A DNA stretch of 64,000 bases from Candidatus Oxydemutatoraceae bacterium (GTDB lineage Bacteria > Pseudomonadota > Gammaproteobacteria > Poriferisulfidales > Oxydemutatoraceae). Location of the stretch: NCBI GenBank assembly GCA_965220085.1, contig CBDCOZ010000003.1, forward strand, positions 480,001 through 544,000, read 5' to 3'. The translations under genes and the position numbers were made by a program. The notes under the pieces were generated by a model. That model saw nothing but the letters and a program-made list of their open reading frames with translations, was not told where the DNA came from and did not search any database. Positions 50,079 to 59,518 of the stretch are shown piece after piece; within the stretch, counting starts at the first letter, position 1; each line of letters opens with the position of its first letter.

Positions 50079-51164
50079 TTAGTCGCGTCCGGAATCGGCG
50101 GCCCGCCGCTCGGCGTGAAACTTCAACTTGCGCCGATATTCGGTCACACGGTGGTCCTTCCCCGCCACAGAGAAGCCATTGGCGATGATTCGCTTGCACA
50201 ACCGCCAAACCCTAAACGGCATTGACAGATTGGGCATGACCTTGAGCGATTCCATGTCGCCGTTGCATGCGGTGAGATAGCGCATGTCGCCGACATGTTT
50301 GTATCCGCAAAAGCGCTTTTCCAGTGCGTCCGCCCACTCTTTGCTAAAGAAGGACACGATAAACACGATGATATAAGTCAACCACGACGGCGGGACGCGA
50401 GGGACGCCGTCGGCCGCGTTGACGATGCGGTAGACGGGGGCGCGAATGTCATCGGCGAATTCATCGTCCCCTACTCGCGGCCCGCCGAAAGTGTAGCAGG
50501 CGGCCAGCGAGTCGCGTTCAAGGTCTCTGGCGGCAATTGTCGCCAACGCGCCGCCGAGGGAATGTCCGGTGATGTAGAGGGAAAACTCTGGCGACAATTT
50601 GTCGACGGCGTTTCGGACTTGTTCGCGCACCTGGTTGTACGCGTTCACAAAGCCGCTATGCATCTTGACTCCGCCCTCGCCCTTGTAAAACCGTGCGTCC
50701 AGATCGGTTTTAATATCCGTCCAACTGTTCGCCTCCGTTCCGCGGAAAGCGAGAACGGCGGTGCTGTCTTCTTTGCGCTTTGCGAGAAACGCCTGAGTGT
50801 CGCCTTCGTTGAAACAGCGGACGAGTTCGAAACCCGCTTCGCCGAGAGCGGATTTCAATTCGGTCAACCCGTCGGGTTCCGCGCCGGAATTGTCGGATTT
50901 CAACTGCTCGGCGATGTAGCGCTTCAGGTCGTCCCGCAATTCGGTCATCTGTTTGGCGAGTTCGTCCCCGTCTTCGCGGAGTTTCGCAGCCTTGGCGATT
51001 CCGCCGATGGCGGCGAAGATTCCCTGAAAGCGGTTTTCGCCCTCATAGGGGAGATAGGCGAGTGCGCTCATTTCGCACATCATCCAAGCGGTGCGGTCGC
51101 TATATGCAACACGGAGGGTCGGCAAGACATGCAACTTTTTAGGGGCATTAAAGTAAGTGCTCAT
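50079..51164 (-). CDS. Lipase class 3 (alpha/beta hydrolase)
   Basis: VLAFRGTE, MHSGF, ITGHSLGGALA, YTFGGPRVGD, DGVPRVP; RBS GAGGAG. Confidence 0.9.
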   Translation of the reverse strand: MSTYFNAPKKLHVLPTLRVAYSDRTAWMMCEMSALAYLPYEGENRFQGIFAAIGGIAKAAKLREDGDELAKQMTELRDDLKRYIAEQLKSDNSGAEPDGLTELKSALGEAGFELVRCFNEGDTQAFLAKRKEDSTAVLAFRGTEANSWTDIKTDLDARFYKGEGGVKMHSGFVNAYNQVREQVRNAVDKLSPEFSLYITGHSLGGALATIAARDLERDSLAACYTFGGPRVGDDEFADDIRAPVYRIVNAADGVPRVPPSWLTYIIVFIVSFFSKEWADALEKRFCGYKHVGDMRYLTACNGDMESLKVMPNLSMPFRVWRLCKRIIANGFSVAGKDHRVTEYRRKLKFHAERRAADSGRD

Positions 51165-51478
51165 TTTCTTTCTCCTCGACAAATATCGTTGTATTGGGGA
51201 ACGAGTATTATAAACCAGGGTGACAGTTTTCAAAGGCAAATGCGAATAATGTTTTCCGGCGGTGATTCCCTCACCCAACACTGCTCCTTTCTATTCCCTT
51301 TCCAAACTCCTTCCCGCGCCGGGATTTATCTTCGCGCCGGGCGTCGTCTTTGTCTTTCCCGTTCTCCCCTGCCGGCGCGGGTGTCGGATGGGCCGGGTCG
51401 TATAGCCGGCGCAAGCGCAGAGCGGCGGTCGGGGCTTCAAACCGTGTGTTCCCGTGTTATAATTTTTCCCTGCTTTGA

Positions 51479-51552
51479 TGCGGGGTGGAGCAGTCTGGCA
51501 GCTCGTCGGGCTCATAACCCGAAGGTCGCAGGTTCAAATCCTGCCCCCGCTA
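51479..51552 (+). tRNA. tRNA-Met (CAT), initiator type
   Basis: TGCGGGGTGGAGCAGTCTGGCAGCTCGTCGGGCTCATAACCCGAAGGTCGCAGGTTCAAATCCTGCCCCCGCTA. Three G:C pairs in the anticodon stem, 1:72 mismatch, CCA not fully encoded. Confidence 0.95.
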
Positions 51553-51641
51553 CCGACGCCTTGCCGACATTGGGCAAGTCTCGTGATAAAAATCCCGCCA
51601 GGTTACTACGGCGCGTTGCGACGCGCTACGACGCTACGACG

Positions 51642-52712
51642 CTACGACGCACCCAAAGAGCTTTTCTCCGCCGCCTCTTGCGGCGGAAATATGATGACGT
51701 GTTCAATGTCGGTTTTGATGCCGATCGCTTCGCCGATGTGGTGCACGTGATGGCTGGGCGCGAAGCAGTAAATCTTTTCGCCGTTCGCAAGCCGCAAGTG
51801 ATAGAGAAAGTCGGCGCCTCTGAATTGCTTCTTCTCAATCACCGCGCGCATCGCGCTGTCATCGTCATGGATGATGTCATCCGGTCGCACGAGCACCGCG
51901 ACATCGGTCAGATCGGGAATCGCGCTGTTTCCATCCGCCGGGAAATGACCCAGCGCGGTATGAACCATGTTGTCCGCATCGATGTGTCCGCGTATCATCT
52001 TGCCCATGCCGACAAAGGTCGCGATGTCGACCGACGCCGGGCGGTGGTACACGTCGTAGCTGCTGTCCCATTGCAAGATCCCGCCGTTTTGCATAACGCC
52101 CAGCATGTCGGATATGCCAAGGGCCTCGGTCTGGTCGTGCGTCACCATCAGCGTGGTAATCTCCTTGTGCGTCAGGATGTCTTTCATGTCGCTGATCAGT
52201 CGCGGTTTGAGATCGGCATCCAGTCCCGAAAAAGGTTCGTCGAGCAATAGCAACTCGGGGTCGGGAGCCAGCGCGCGCGCCAGCGCCACCCGTTGTTGTT
52301 GCCCGCCCGACAGTTCGTGCGGGTAGTGTGTCGCATACGCGGTCATGGAAGTCAGCGCGAGCAGGTGGCTGACGATGCTTTTTCTTTGCGCATCGGGGAT
52401 GCGGCGTATTCCAAACCCGATGTTCTCTTGCGCGTTGAGGTGCGGGAAGAGCGCATAGTCCTGAAACATCATGCCGAGTTTGCGCGCGGCGGTGGGAATG
52501 CGTATCGCGGGGTCGTTGACGGTGCGCCCGGCGATGGTGATCCGTCCGGCATCGGGCCGGCGAAAGCCGGCGATGCATTGCAACAAGGTTGTTTTGCCGC
52601 CGCCGCTTGGCCCGAGCAACACGCCGATTTTATTTTTCTCAAGCGTCATGGAGACCTTGTCAAGGGTCGGTTGTCCGTCAAGCGACAGGCTGAGGTCTTT
52701 GATGTCTAACAT
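51642..52712 (-). CDS. fbpC: Fe(III) ABC transporter ATP-binding protein
   Basis: GPSGGGKT, FQDYALFPHL, LSGGQQQRVALARAL, LLDEPFS. Confidence 0.88.
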   Translation of the reverse strand: MLDIKDLSLSLDGQPTLDKVSMTLEKNKIGVLLGPSGGGKTTLLQCIAGFRRPDAGRITIAGRTVNDPAIRIPTAARKLGMMFQDYALFPHLNAQENIGFGIRRIPDAQRKSIVSHLLALTSMTAYATHYPHELSGGQQQRVALARALAPDPELLLLDEPFSGLDADLKPRLISDMKDILTHKEITTLMVTHDQTEALGISDMLGVMQNGGILQWDSSYDVYHRPASVDIATFVGMGKMIRGHIDADNMVHTALGHFPADGNSAIPDLTDVAVLVRPDDIIHDDDSAMRAVIEKKQFRGADFLYHLRLANGEKIYCFAPSHHVHHIGEAIGIKTDIEHVIIFPPQEAAEKSSLGAS

Positions 52713-52713
52713 A

Positions 52714-54312
52714 TCAATTCCGGTGTCCGAGATAGCGCATCAACCCGAACCGTTTCCACAGTATAAACAAGGGCAGCATGCTCGTTAAGACGATGCCGAG
52801 CGCGGGCAACCCCATTTCCGACAGCCTTTCTGTCGAGGCCAATTCGTAGGTGTATATTGCCAGGGTGTTAAAGTCAAAAGGGCGCAACACCAGTGTCGCC
52901 GGCACTTCCTTGACCACCTCGACAAAGACCAGCAGGGCGGCGATGAGTACGCTGGGACGAATGATCGGCATATGCACTTTTGTGATGCTCTCAAGGCCGC
53001 GCACATTCAGAGTTGCGGACGCTCTGTCTATATTCGGCGATATCTTGAGCAGGGAGTTCTCAACCGCGTTGAAGCCGAGCGTCATAAACCGCACGGCGTA
53101 GGCAAAGTAGAGAATGACCAGAGTGCCGCCGGTAAATATCCGCGGGGAGAACCCCAGAGATTTTTCAAGCGCCGAACCGACCAGCAACACGCCGATAGCG
53201 ACGATGACGCCCGGTATCGCATAACCGGCGGTGGCGATTCGGGTCAGCCAATGCGGCCGTTGTCGCAAGCGGTCGCCGTACGCCAGCAGGATTGCCAGAG
53301 CGGTCGTCAAGAGCGCCGCGCCCGCTCCCAGTGCGAGGGTGTGGGCGATTAAGTTCAACTGTTCCCAATACGAGATGCCTTCTGTCGGCAACAACAGCCA
53401 TCGGATCAATTGCGCGAGCGGCAAGACGAATCCGAATGCGATCGGCAGGGCGCACATGACCGCTGCCGCCAAGCCTTTGCCGCCGCCGAGCCGTTGCCTT
53501 GTAATCGGCGTCGTTTGCTTGGCCGAACCGTAGTAGCGCATCCGTCGTCTGGCGTGCCTTTCTATGATCGTCAGGCCGACGGTAAAGCACAGGAGCAGCA
53601 ATGCCAACTGCGCGGCGCCGCCCAGACTGCCGAGCCCGAACCAGGTTCTGAAGATGCCGACACTCATCGTCTGTATGCCAAAGTGTCGCACCGCCGCATA
53701 ATCTGATAAGGTCTCCATCATCGCCAGCATGCACGCCGCAACGATGGCCGGGCGCACCGTCGGCAGCGCCAGCGCGGTCAAAATTTGTCGCCCCGACAGG
53801 CCGAGCACTTGCGCCGCTTGCAGGATGTGCGCGGATTGTTGCTTGAGCGCGGAGCGTACGAGCAGATAGACATAGGGGTAGAGCGCGAGCGTGAAAATAG
53901 CGATCGCGCCGGCGGGCGAGCGCACGCGAGGGACATAGCCGAACAGATCATGCGCCCAGCGATAGCCCCAGCCTCCGAAGTTAAACATATCGGTGTAGGC
54001 GTAGGCGGCGATGTAGACCGGAAACGCCAGCGGCAAGATCAACGCCCAGCCGAAGAACTGTCTGCCGGGGAAGTCGTACAACGAACACAGCACGGAGTAG
54101 CCGCCGCCGACAACGGCGGCGCCGAATACCACGCCGATCGCAAGCATCGCCGAGTCGGCGATGTACAAACCGAGCGTGGTGTCAAACAAGTGGGCCCAGA
54201 TATCTTCGGTCGGCAACAACACGCTGGCGAGGATTGCCAGCAGCGGCAACGACAGTATCGTCGCCGCGATGCGGGCGTTGATGAGCAGGGGGTTTGGCGC
54301 CATCGCCCGCAT
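52714..54312 (-). CDS. fbpB: Fe(III) ABC transporter permease
   Basis: LYPYVYLL, METLSDY, GYAIPG, VKEVPATLVLRPFDFNTLA. Confidence 0.9.
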   Translation of the reverse strand: MRAMAPNPLLINARIAATILSLPLLAILASVLLPTEDIWAHLFDTTLGLYIADSAMLAIGVVFGAAVVGGGYSVLCSLYDFPGRQFFGWALILPLAFPVYIAAYAYTDMFNFGGWGYRWAHDLFGYVPRVRSPAGAIAIFTLALYPYVYLLVRSALKQQSAHILQAAQVLGLSGRQILTALALPTVRPAIVAACMLAMMETLSDYAAVRHFGIQTMSVGIFRTWFGLGSLGGAAQLALLLLCFTVGLTIIERHARRRMRYYGSAKQTTPITRQRLGGGKGLAAAVMCALPIAFGFVLPLAQLIRWLLLPTEGISYWEQLNLIAHTLALGAGAALLTTALAILLAYGDRLRQRPHWLTRIATAGYAIPGVIVAIGVLLVGSALEKSLGFSPRIFTGGTLVILYFAYAVRFMTLGFNAVENSLLKISPNIDRASATLNVRGLESITKVHMPIIRPSVLIAALLVFVEVVKEVPATLVLRPFDFNTLAIYTYELASTERLSEMGLPALGIVLTSMLPLFILWKRFGLMRYLGHRN

Positions 54313-54341
54313 GTGTCAGGTCGGGTGCGGTCGGGTTTTGA

Positions 54342-55412
54342 TCATAGCCAGCCGCCGCGGTCCATCAGTCTGACAGCCTGCGCGTTCATGGCGCCGAGCT
54401 TGCCGATCGGGGCGGTGTCGGCTTTGAATGTTCCCCATTGCTTTAGCAACTCGGGCACTTCGACATCGGCCCGTATCGGATACTCATAGTTGTGGCGGCT
54501 GTACCAAGTCTGGGCTTCGCGCCCGATGAGATATTCCAGCAACTTCGTCGCTTCTGCGTTGCGCTGCGAAGAGCGCAGGATACCCGCTCCGCTGACATTG
54601 ACATGGGCGCCGCGCCCGCTTTGGCCGGGCCATATCAACGCTATGCCTTCGGCGGCCTCGCGGCGCTTCGTGTCATTGCCGGCCAGCATCATGCCGAAGT
54701 AATACGTATTGACGAGCGCCACATCGCACTGCCCGCCGGCGACCAGCAGTATCTGGTCGCGATCGCCGCCGGCCGGGGGGCGCGCGAAATTGGAGACAAG
54801 CCCCTTGATCCAGCGCAAGGCCTCCCGCTCGCCGACGGCGTAGATAATCGATGCGACCAGCGATTGGTTATAGACATTGCCGGATGAGCGCGCGCACACG
54901 CGCTGCTTCCACTCCGGCTTTGCCAGCGATTCGTAATCTGTCACCTCGCCTTTGCGCACTCTGTCTTTTGCCGCCACGATCACACGCGCGCGCAAAGACA
55001 GCCCGAACCATTGGTTGTCTTCGTCGCGGTAGGCGGCGGGTATCGTCGCGGTCAGAGCATCCGACTTGACGCGTTGCAACAGTCCGAGTTCTTTTGCGCG
55101 ATGCAGGCGCGCCACATCGGTCGTGATCAACACATCGGCGGGGCTGTTTTCTCCCTCCAGTTTGATGCGCTCAAGCAAGGCGTCCGCCTTCGCCGTAAGC
55201 AGGCGCGTTTGAATGCCGGTTTGCGCGGTGAAGTTGTCCAGCAGCGGTTTGATCAGATTTTCCTGTCGGGCCGAGTACACATTGATATCGGCATGGCTCA
55301 TGCCCGTCAGCAGGGCGAGCAGGATGAGGACGCAATACTTTGTCGCCGCCGGGCAATGCGGTACGCGGTTGCGGACGGCTGACAGGGTTTGGGGTATAAT
55401 ATTTTGATTCAT
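54342..55412 (-). CDS. fbpA: Fe(III) ABC transporter periplasmic binding protein (FbpA/FutA type)
   Basis: INVYSAR, SPADVLIT, RSSGNVYNQSL, GGDRDQI, VNTYY, HVNVSGAG. Confidence 0.92.
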   Translation of the reverse strand: MNQNIIPQTLSAVRNRVPHCPAATKYCVLILLALLTGMSHADINVYSARQENLIKPLLDNFTAQTGIQTRLLTAKADALLERIKLEGENSPADVLITTDVARLHRAKELGLLQRVKSDALTATIPAAYRDEDNQWFGLSLRARVIVAAKDRVRKGEVTDYESLAKPEWKQRVCARSSGNVYNQSLVASIIYAVGEREALRWIKGLVSNFARPPAGGDRDQILLVAGGQCDVALVNTYYFGMMLAGNDTKRREAAEGIALIWPGQSGRGAHVNVSGAGILRSSQRNAEATKLLEYLIGREAQTWYSRHNYEYPIRADVEVPELLKQWGTFKADTAPIGKLGAMNAQAVRLMDRGGWL

Positions 55413-55463
55413 TAAAATGGTTTCCTCACAGATACAACATCGGTCGCGGGTCGCGATAGAAGC

Positions 55464-55484
55464 GAATGAGAATACTTCTCATTC
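55464..55484. promoter_or_regulatory. Fur box
   Basis: Palindrome GAATGAGAA-TAC-TTCTCATTC about 50 bp upstream of fbpA. Confidence 0.85.
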
Positions 55485-55595
55485 TGAAGCGTATCGTCCG
55501 ATTTGTCAATAATATGAGGGAATGTATACTTAAACGCTTGAATATACCCCCCGAAATACAAGTTCTGCAACTCATTGAAGAAATAGGAGATTACC

Positions 55596-56516
55596 ATGTC
55601 AATGCATCAACGCAACGGATGGATCTGGTTTGACGGCGAATTCGTGCCGTGGCAAGATGCCCAAGTGCATGTTCTGACCCACACCCTGCACTATGGCACC
55701 GGCGTGTTTGAAGGCGTGCGCGCTTACAAAACCGAAAAGGGCACCGGCATCTTTCGCTTGCTCGACCACACCGATCGCTTGTTCGCCTCGGCTTCGATTC
55801 TCGGCATTAAGATTCCTTTCTCCAAAGAAGAAATCATTGAAGCGCAAAAAGAGGCGGTCAAAAAGAACAACCTGGAGACGGCTTACTTGCGACCGATGGT
55901 GTTTTGCGGCTCCGAAGGCCTGGGCTTGCGCGCGGACAATCTCACGGTGCATTGCATCGTCGCGGCGTGGGAGTGGGGGACGTATCTCGGCGAGGAAAAC
56001 ATGAAGCACGGCATCCGCGTCAAGACCTCCTCGTTTTCCCGCTATCACCCCAATTCGAGCATGTCGCGGGCCAAGGTCAACGGCTACTATGTCAATTCCA
56101 TGCTGGCGTTGCAAGAGGCTCTGGCCGACGGTTACGACGAAGCTTTGATGCTGGACATAAACGGCAATGTCGCCGAAGGAAGCGGCGAAAATATCTTTTT
56201 GGTATCGGGCGGGAAGATATACACCCCCGAACTAAATGCCATATTGAACGGGATTACCCGCCAGACGATTATTGAGTTGGCGCGTAAGAACGATATAGAG
56301 GTTATTGAAAGGCGCATCACAAGAGATGAAGCCTATATCGCCGATGAGATATTTTTCACCGGCACCGCCGCCGAAGTCACCCCGGTCAGGGAGCTTGATC
56401 GCCGCCCGATTGGAAGCGGGACACGGGGGCCTGTCACCGAGAAGTTGCAATCAGATTTTTTTGCTATCGTGCAAGGACGCAGCACCGGTCACGATGAGTG
56501 GATTACACTTGTCTGA
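55596..56516 (+). CDS. ilvE: Branched-chain amino acid aminotransferase
   Basis: HTLHYGTGVFEGVRAY, AKVNGYY, EGSGENIF, GITRQT, FFTGTAAEVTPV. Confidence 0.97.
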   Translation: MSMHQRNGWIWFDGEFVPWQDAQVHVLTHTLHYGTGVFEGVRAYKTEKGTGIFRLLDHTDRLFASASILGIKIPFSKEEIIEAQKEAVKKNNLETAYLRPMVFCGSEGLGLRADNLTVHCIVAAWEWGTYLGEENMKHGIRVKTSSFSRYHPNSSMSRAKVNGYYVNSMLALQEALADGYDEALMLDINGNVAEGSGENIFLVSGGKIYTPELNAILNGITRQTIIELARKNDIEVIERRITRDEAYIADEIFFTGTAAEVTPVRELDRRPIGSGTRGPVTEKLQSDFFAIVQGRSTGHDEWITLV

Positions 56517-57954
56517 TTCCAAGACAGCTTCAAACATACCAAGGCAAAGCGGCTTACCCGATTGCTCATCCGTACATCTGTTGGTAGTCGGCGATCTGAT
56601 GCTGGACCGCTATTTCCACGGCGCGGCAAACCGCATTTCACCCGAAGCGCCGGTACCGGTTGTGCGGGTTGAGAACATTGAGGAACGCCCGGGCGGTGCC
56701 GCCAATGTCGCTGTCAATATCACTTCACTGGAGGCTAAAGCATCTTTAATCGGCTTTGTCGGCGACGATGATGATGCCGAACGCTTGCGCCGTGTCGTAT
56801 CGGATCGCGGCGTCACCCCGGAGTTTATCGTCTGCAAAGACGCCACGACCACCGTCAAGTCCAGGATAGTCAGCTGCGGCCAGCAATTGATGCGGCTTGA
56901 TTTTGAGCGCGGCTTGCACGGGCGAGCGCCGGACGAACTCGAGCGCCTGTTTGCCAAGCGCGTTGCCACGGCGGATGCGGTCATCCTGTCGGACTACGCA
57001 AAAGGTTGCCTGAGCGGTGTTGAGACATTGATTGCGCTGGCCAAAGAACACGGCAAGCCCGTCTTTGCCGACCCCAAAGGGGCGGACTTCTCGCGCTATC
57101 GCGGCGCGGATGTGCTGACGCCGAACCGCGCCGAGTTTGAAGCGGTCGCAGGCGACTGTCATACTCGTGATGAGATGGTCGAAAAAGCGTTGGCGCTGTC
57201 CGCAGAGTGCGGTATCGGCGCTTTTATTATCACATTGGGCGAAGACGGCATACTGCTGGTTGACGGACGCGACTCGGTGCATCACTTCCCTGCGCGCACA
57301 CACGAAGTGTACGATGTAACCGGCGCCGGCGATACGGTCGTATCGGTTTTTGCCACCATGGTGGCAACCGGCGCGTCGCATTTTGAAGCGGTGCAACTCG
57401 CCAATCAGGCGGCGGGATTAGTGGTGGAGAAATCGGGCACTGCGACAGTCAGCGCGGATGAATTTGCCAGATACGGTCACAACCCTCGCTCGGTCTGTTC
57501 GGAAGCCGATTGTTTGCAACGGGTTGCCGCCGCCAAGGCGCGCGGCCAACGCATCGTCATGACAAACGGCTGCTTTGACTTGCTCCACGCCGGGCACATC
57601 GCCTTTCTGACCCAAGCGGCCGCCCTCGGCGATCGCCTGTTGGTGGCGATCAACAGCGATGAGTCGGTTGCCGCGCTCAAGGCCGACGGGCGTCCGGTCA
57701 ACCCGCTTGAAAAGCGTATGCAAGTCATCGCCGCTCTGGCGATGGTCGATTGGGTCGTGCCGTTTTCCGAACAGACCCCCGAGCGTTTAATCGCCGCCGT
57801 CTCTCCCGATGTCCTGACCAAAGGCGGCGACTACGCGCCCGAGCAGATTGCCGGCGCCGAACATGTCCGGCAACACGGCGGCGAAGTCATTGTGCTGGAC
57901 TACATGGCGGGCGCTTCCACCACCGAGTTGATCGCCGCCATTCGCGGGGGATAG
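56494..57954 (+). CDS. hldE: Bifunctional ADP-heptose synthase (kinase + adenylyltransferase)
   Basis: GDLMLDRY, RISPEAPVPV, LSDYAKG, DVTGAGDTV, TNGCFDLLHAGH, KGGDY. Start approximate (56494 or 56509). Confidence 0.95.
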   Translation: MSGLHLSDSKTASNIPRQSGLPDCSSVHLLVVGDLMLDRYFHGAANRISPEAPVPVVRVENIEERPGGAANVAVNITSLEAKASLIGFVGDDDDAERLRRVVSDRGVTPEFIVCKDATTTVKSRIVSCGQQLMRLDFERGLHGRAPDELERLFAKRVATADAVILSDYAKGCLSGVETLIALAKEHGKPVFADPKGADFSRYRGADVLTPNRAEFEAVAGDCHTRDEMVEKALALSAECGIGAFIITLGEDGILLVDGRDSVHHFPARTHEVYDVTGAGDTVVSVFATMVATGASHFEAVQLANQAAGLVVEKSGTATVSADEFARYGHNPRSVCSEADCLQRVAAAKARGQRIVMTNGCFDLLHAGHIAFLTQAAALGDRLLVAINSDESVAALKADGRPVNPLEKRMQVIAALAMVDWVVPFSEQTPERLIAAVSPDVLTKGGDYAPEQIAGAEHVRQHGGEVIVLDYMAGASTTELIAAIRGG

Positions 57955-58327
57955 CGATGAGTCGGGAAAGTATTTTGGCGGATGTCCTGACCCAAGGCGG
58001 CGACTATGCGCCCGAGCGGATTGCCGGCGCCGAACACGTCCGGCAACACGGCGGCGAAGTCATCGTGCCGGACTGCATGGCGGGCGCTTCCGCTGCCGGA
58101 TTGATCGCCGCCATTCGCGGCGGATAACGATGAGTCGGGAAAATATTTCGGCGGATGTCCTGACCCAAGGCGGCGACTATGCGCCCGAGCGGATTGCCGG
58201 CGCCGAACATGTCCGGCAACACGGCGGCGAAGTCATCGTGCCGGACCGCATGGCGGGCGCTTCCGCTGCCGGATTGATCGCCGCCATTCGCGGCGGATAG
58301 CGATGGGCCGGGAAAATATTCTGGTAG
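57808..58327 (+). repeat. 173 bp tandem repeat x3 spanning the hldE stop and the waaF start
   Basis: GATGTCCTGACC at 57808, 57981 and 58154. Confidence 0.93.
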
Positions 58328-59325
58328 TCGGGCCGTCGTGGGTCGGCGATATCGTCTTATCGCAAAGCCTGTACATGACCATCAAGCAGCGCGACCCGAC
58401 CAGTCAAATAGATGTGCTCGCCCCCGCATGGTCCGGCCCGATTCTCGCGCGGATGGAGCAAGTGCGTTCCGCCATTGATATGCCGCTCGGACACGGCGAG
58501 TTGGGGCTCGGTCGGCGGCGGCGTCTCGGCTTGTCGCTGCGCGGGCGCTATGCGCGCGCGATCGTCCTGCCGAACTCGTTCAAGTCGGCGCTCGTGCCGT
58601 GGTGGGCGGGGGTCGCCGTGCGCAGCGGCTTTCGCGGCGAGATGCGTTACGGCTTGCTGAACGATATGCGGATTTTGGATCGGCGGCTGTTGCCGCGCGC
58701 CATCGATCGCTATGCGCATCTCGGTCATGACGCCGGCGCGATGAGCGGCGAAGCGCCGGCGCCCGCTTTGCGAACAGACGCGGACAACGCCCGCGCGTGT
58801 CTTGAGCGTCTGCGATTGCATTGCGATGCGCCGATTCTCGCTCTGATGCCGGGCAGCGCGTTTGGCCGATCTAAGCGCTGGCCGCCGGAACGTTTTGCCG
58901 CCGTCGCCGACGACTACCTGCGCCGAGGCTGGCAGGTCTGGATACTCGGTTCCGCTTCCGACCGACAAGCCGGCGACAGCATCGCGCAAGCCGCTTCGGG
59001 GCGCGCTGTCAATCTGTGCGGCAAAACGAATCTCGTCGATGTCGTTGATCTGATAGCGCAGGCGAAGCTCGCGGTAAGCAATGACTCCGGCCTGATGCAC
59101 ATCGCCGCCGCGGTCGGCGTCCCGCTTGTCGCCGTTTATGGCGCGACCTCTCCGGAGTACACCCCGCCGATGAGCGCGCGCGCGGCGACTTTGTGGAAGG
59201 GCATCGAGTGTAGCCCGTGCTATAAACCCGTTTGTCGCTACGGGCACTACCGTTGCCTGACAGAGATTCCGGTTGACGAAGTGCGAGCGCAAGCCACCCG
59301 CGTGCTTGAAAACAAATCTCGTTGA
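58303..59325 (+). CDS. waaF: Lipopolysaccharide heptosyltransferase II
   Basis: ILVVGPSWVGD, LPNSFKSAL, GEMRYGLLND, KRWP, SNDSGLMHIAAA, CSPC. Confidence 0.96.
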   Translation: MGRENILVVGPSWVGDIVLSQSLYMTIKQRDPTSQIDVLAPAWSGPILARMEQVRSAIDMPLGHGELGLGRRRRLGLSLRGRYARAIVLPNSFKSALVPWWAGVAVRSGFRGEMRYGLLNDMRILDRRLLPRAIDRYAHLGHDAGAMSGEAPAPALRTDADNARACLERLRLHCDAPILALMPGSAFGRSKRWPPERFAAVADDYLRRGWQVWILGSASDRQAGDSIAQAASGRAVNLCGKTNLVDVVDLIAQAKLAVSNDSGLMHIAAAVGVPLVAVYGATSPEYTPPMSARAATLWKGIECSPCYKPVCRYGHYRCLTEIPVDEVRAQATRVLENKSR

Positions 59326-59466
59326 TGTCGTCGATTTGATAGCGCAGGCGAAGCTCGCGGTAAGCAATGACTCCGGCCTGATGCACATCGCCGCCGCGGT
59401 CGGCGTCCGCTTGTCGCCGTTTATGGCGCGACCTCTCCGGAGTACGCCCCGCCGATGAGTGCGCAC
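59309..59466 (+). repeat. Partial duplicate of a late waaF segment (source ~59023-59181)
   Basis: Repeats ATCTCGT.GATGTCGT.GAT.TGATAGCGCAGGCGAAGCTC...CCGCCGATGAG. Confidence 0.9.
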
Positions 59467-59518
59467 GGTGACCTCCCTCGCGGGGGTCGGCGAGTTGCGT
59501 TCCGGCGAGGGGAGAGCG

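Noticed and set aside
51605-51650. GCTACGAC x3 microsatellite and small hairpin after tRNA-Met as an att site
   Set aside because: No matching copy found at the other end of the region; more likely a terminator region between convergent genes.
50295-52250. 651-aa plus-strand ORF
   Set aside because: Antisense shadow of the lipase and fbpC genes; it runs through the tRNA.
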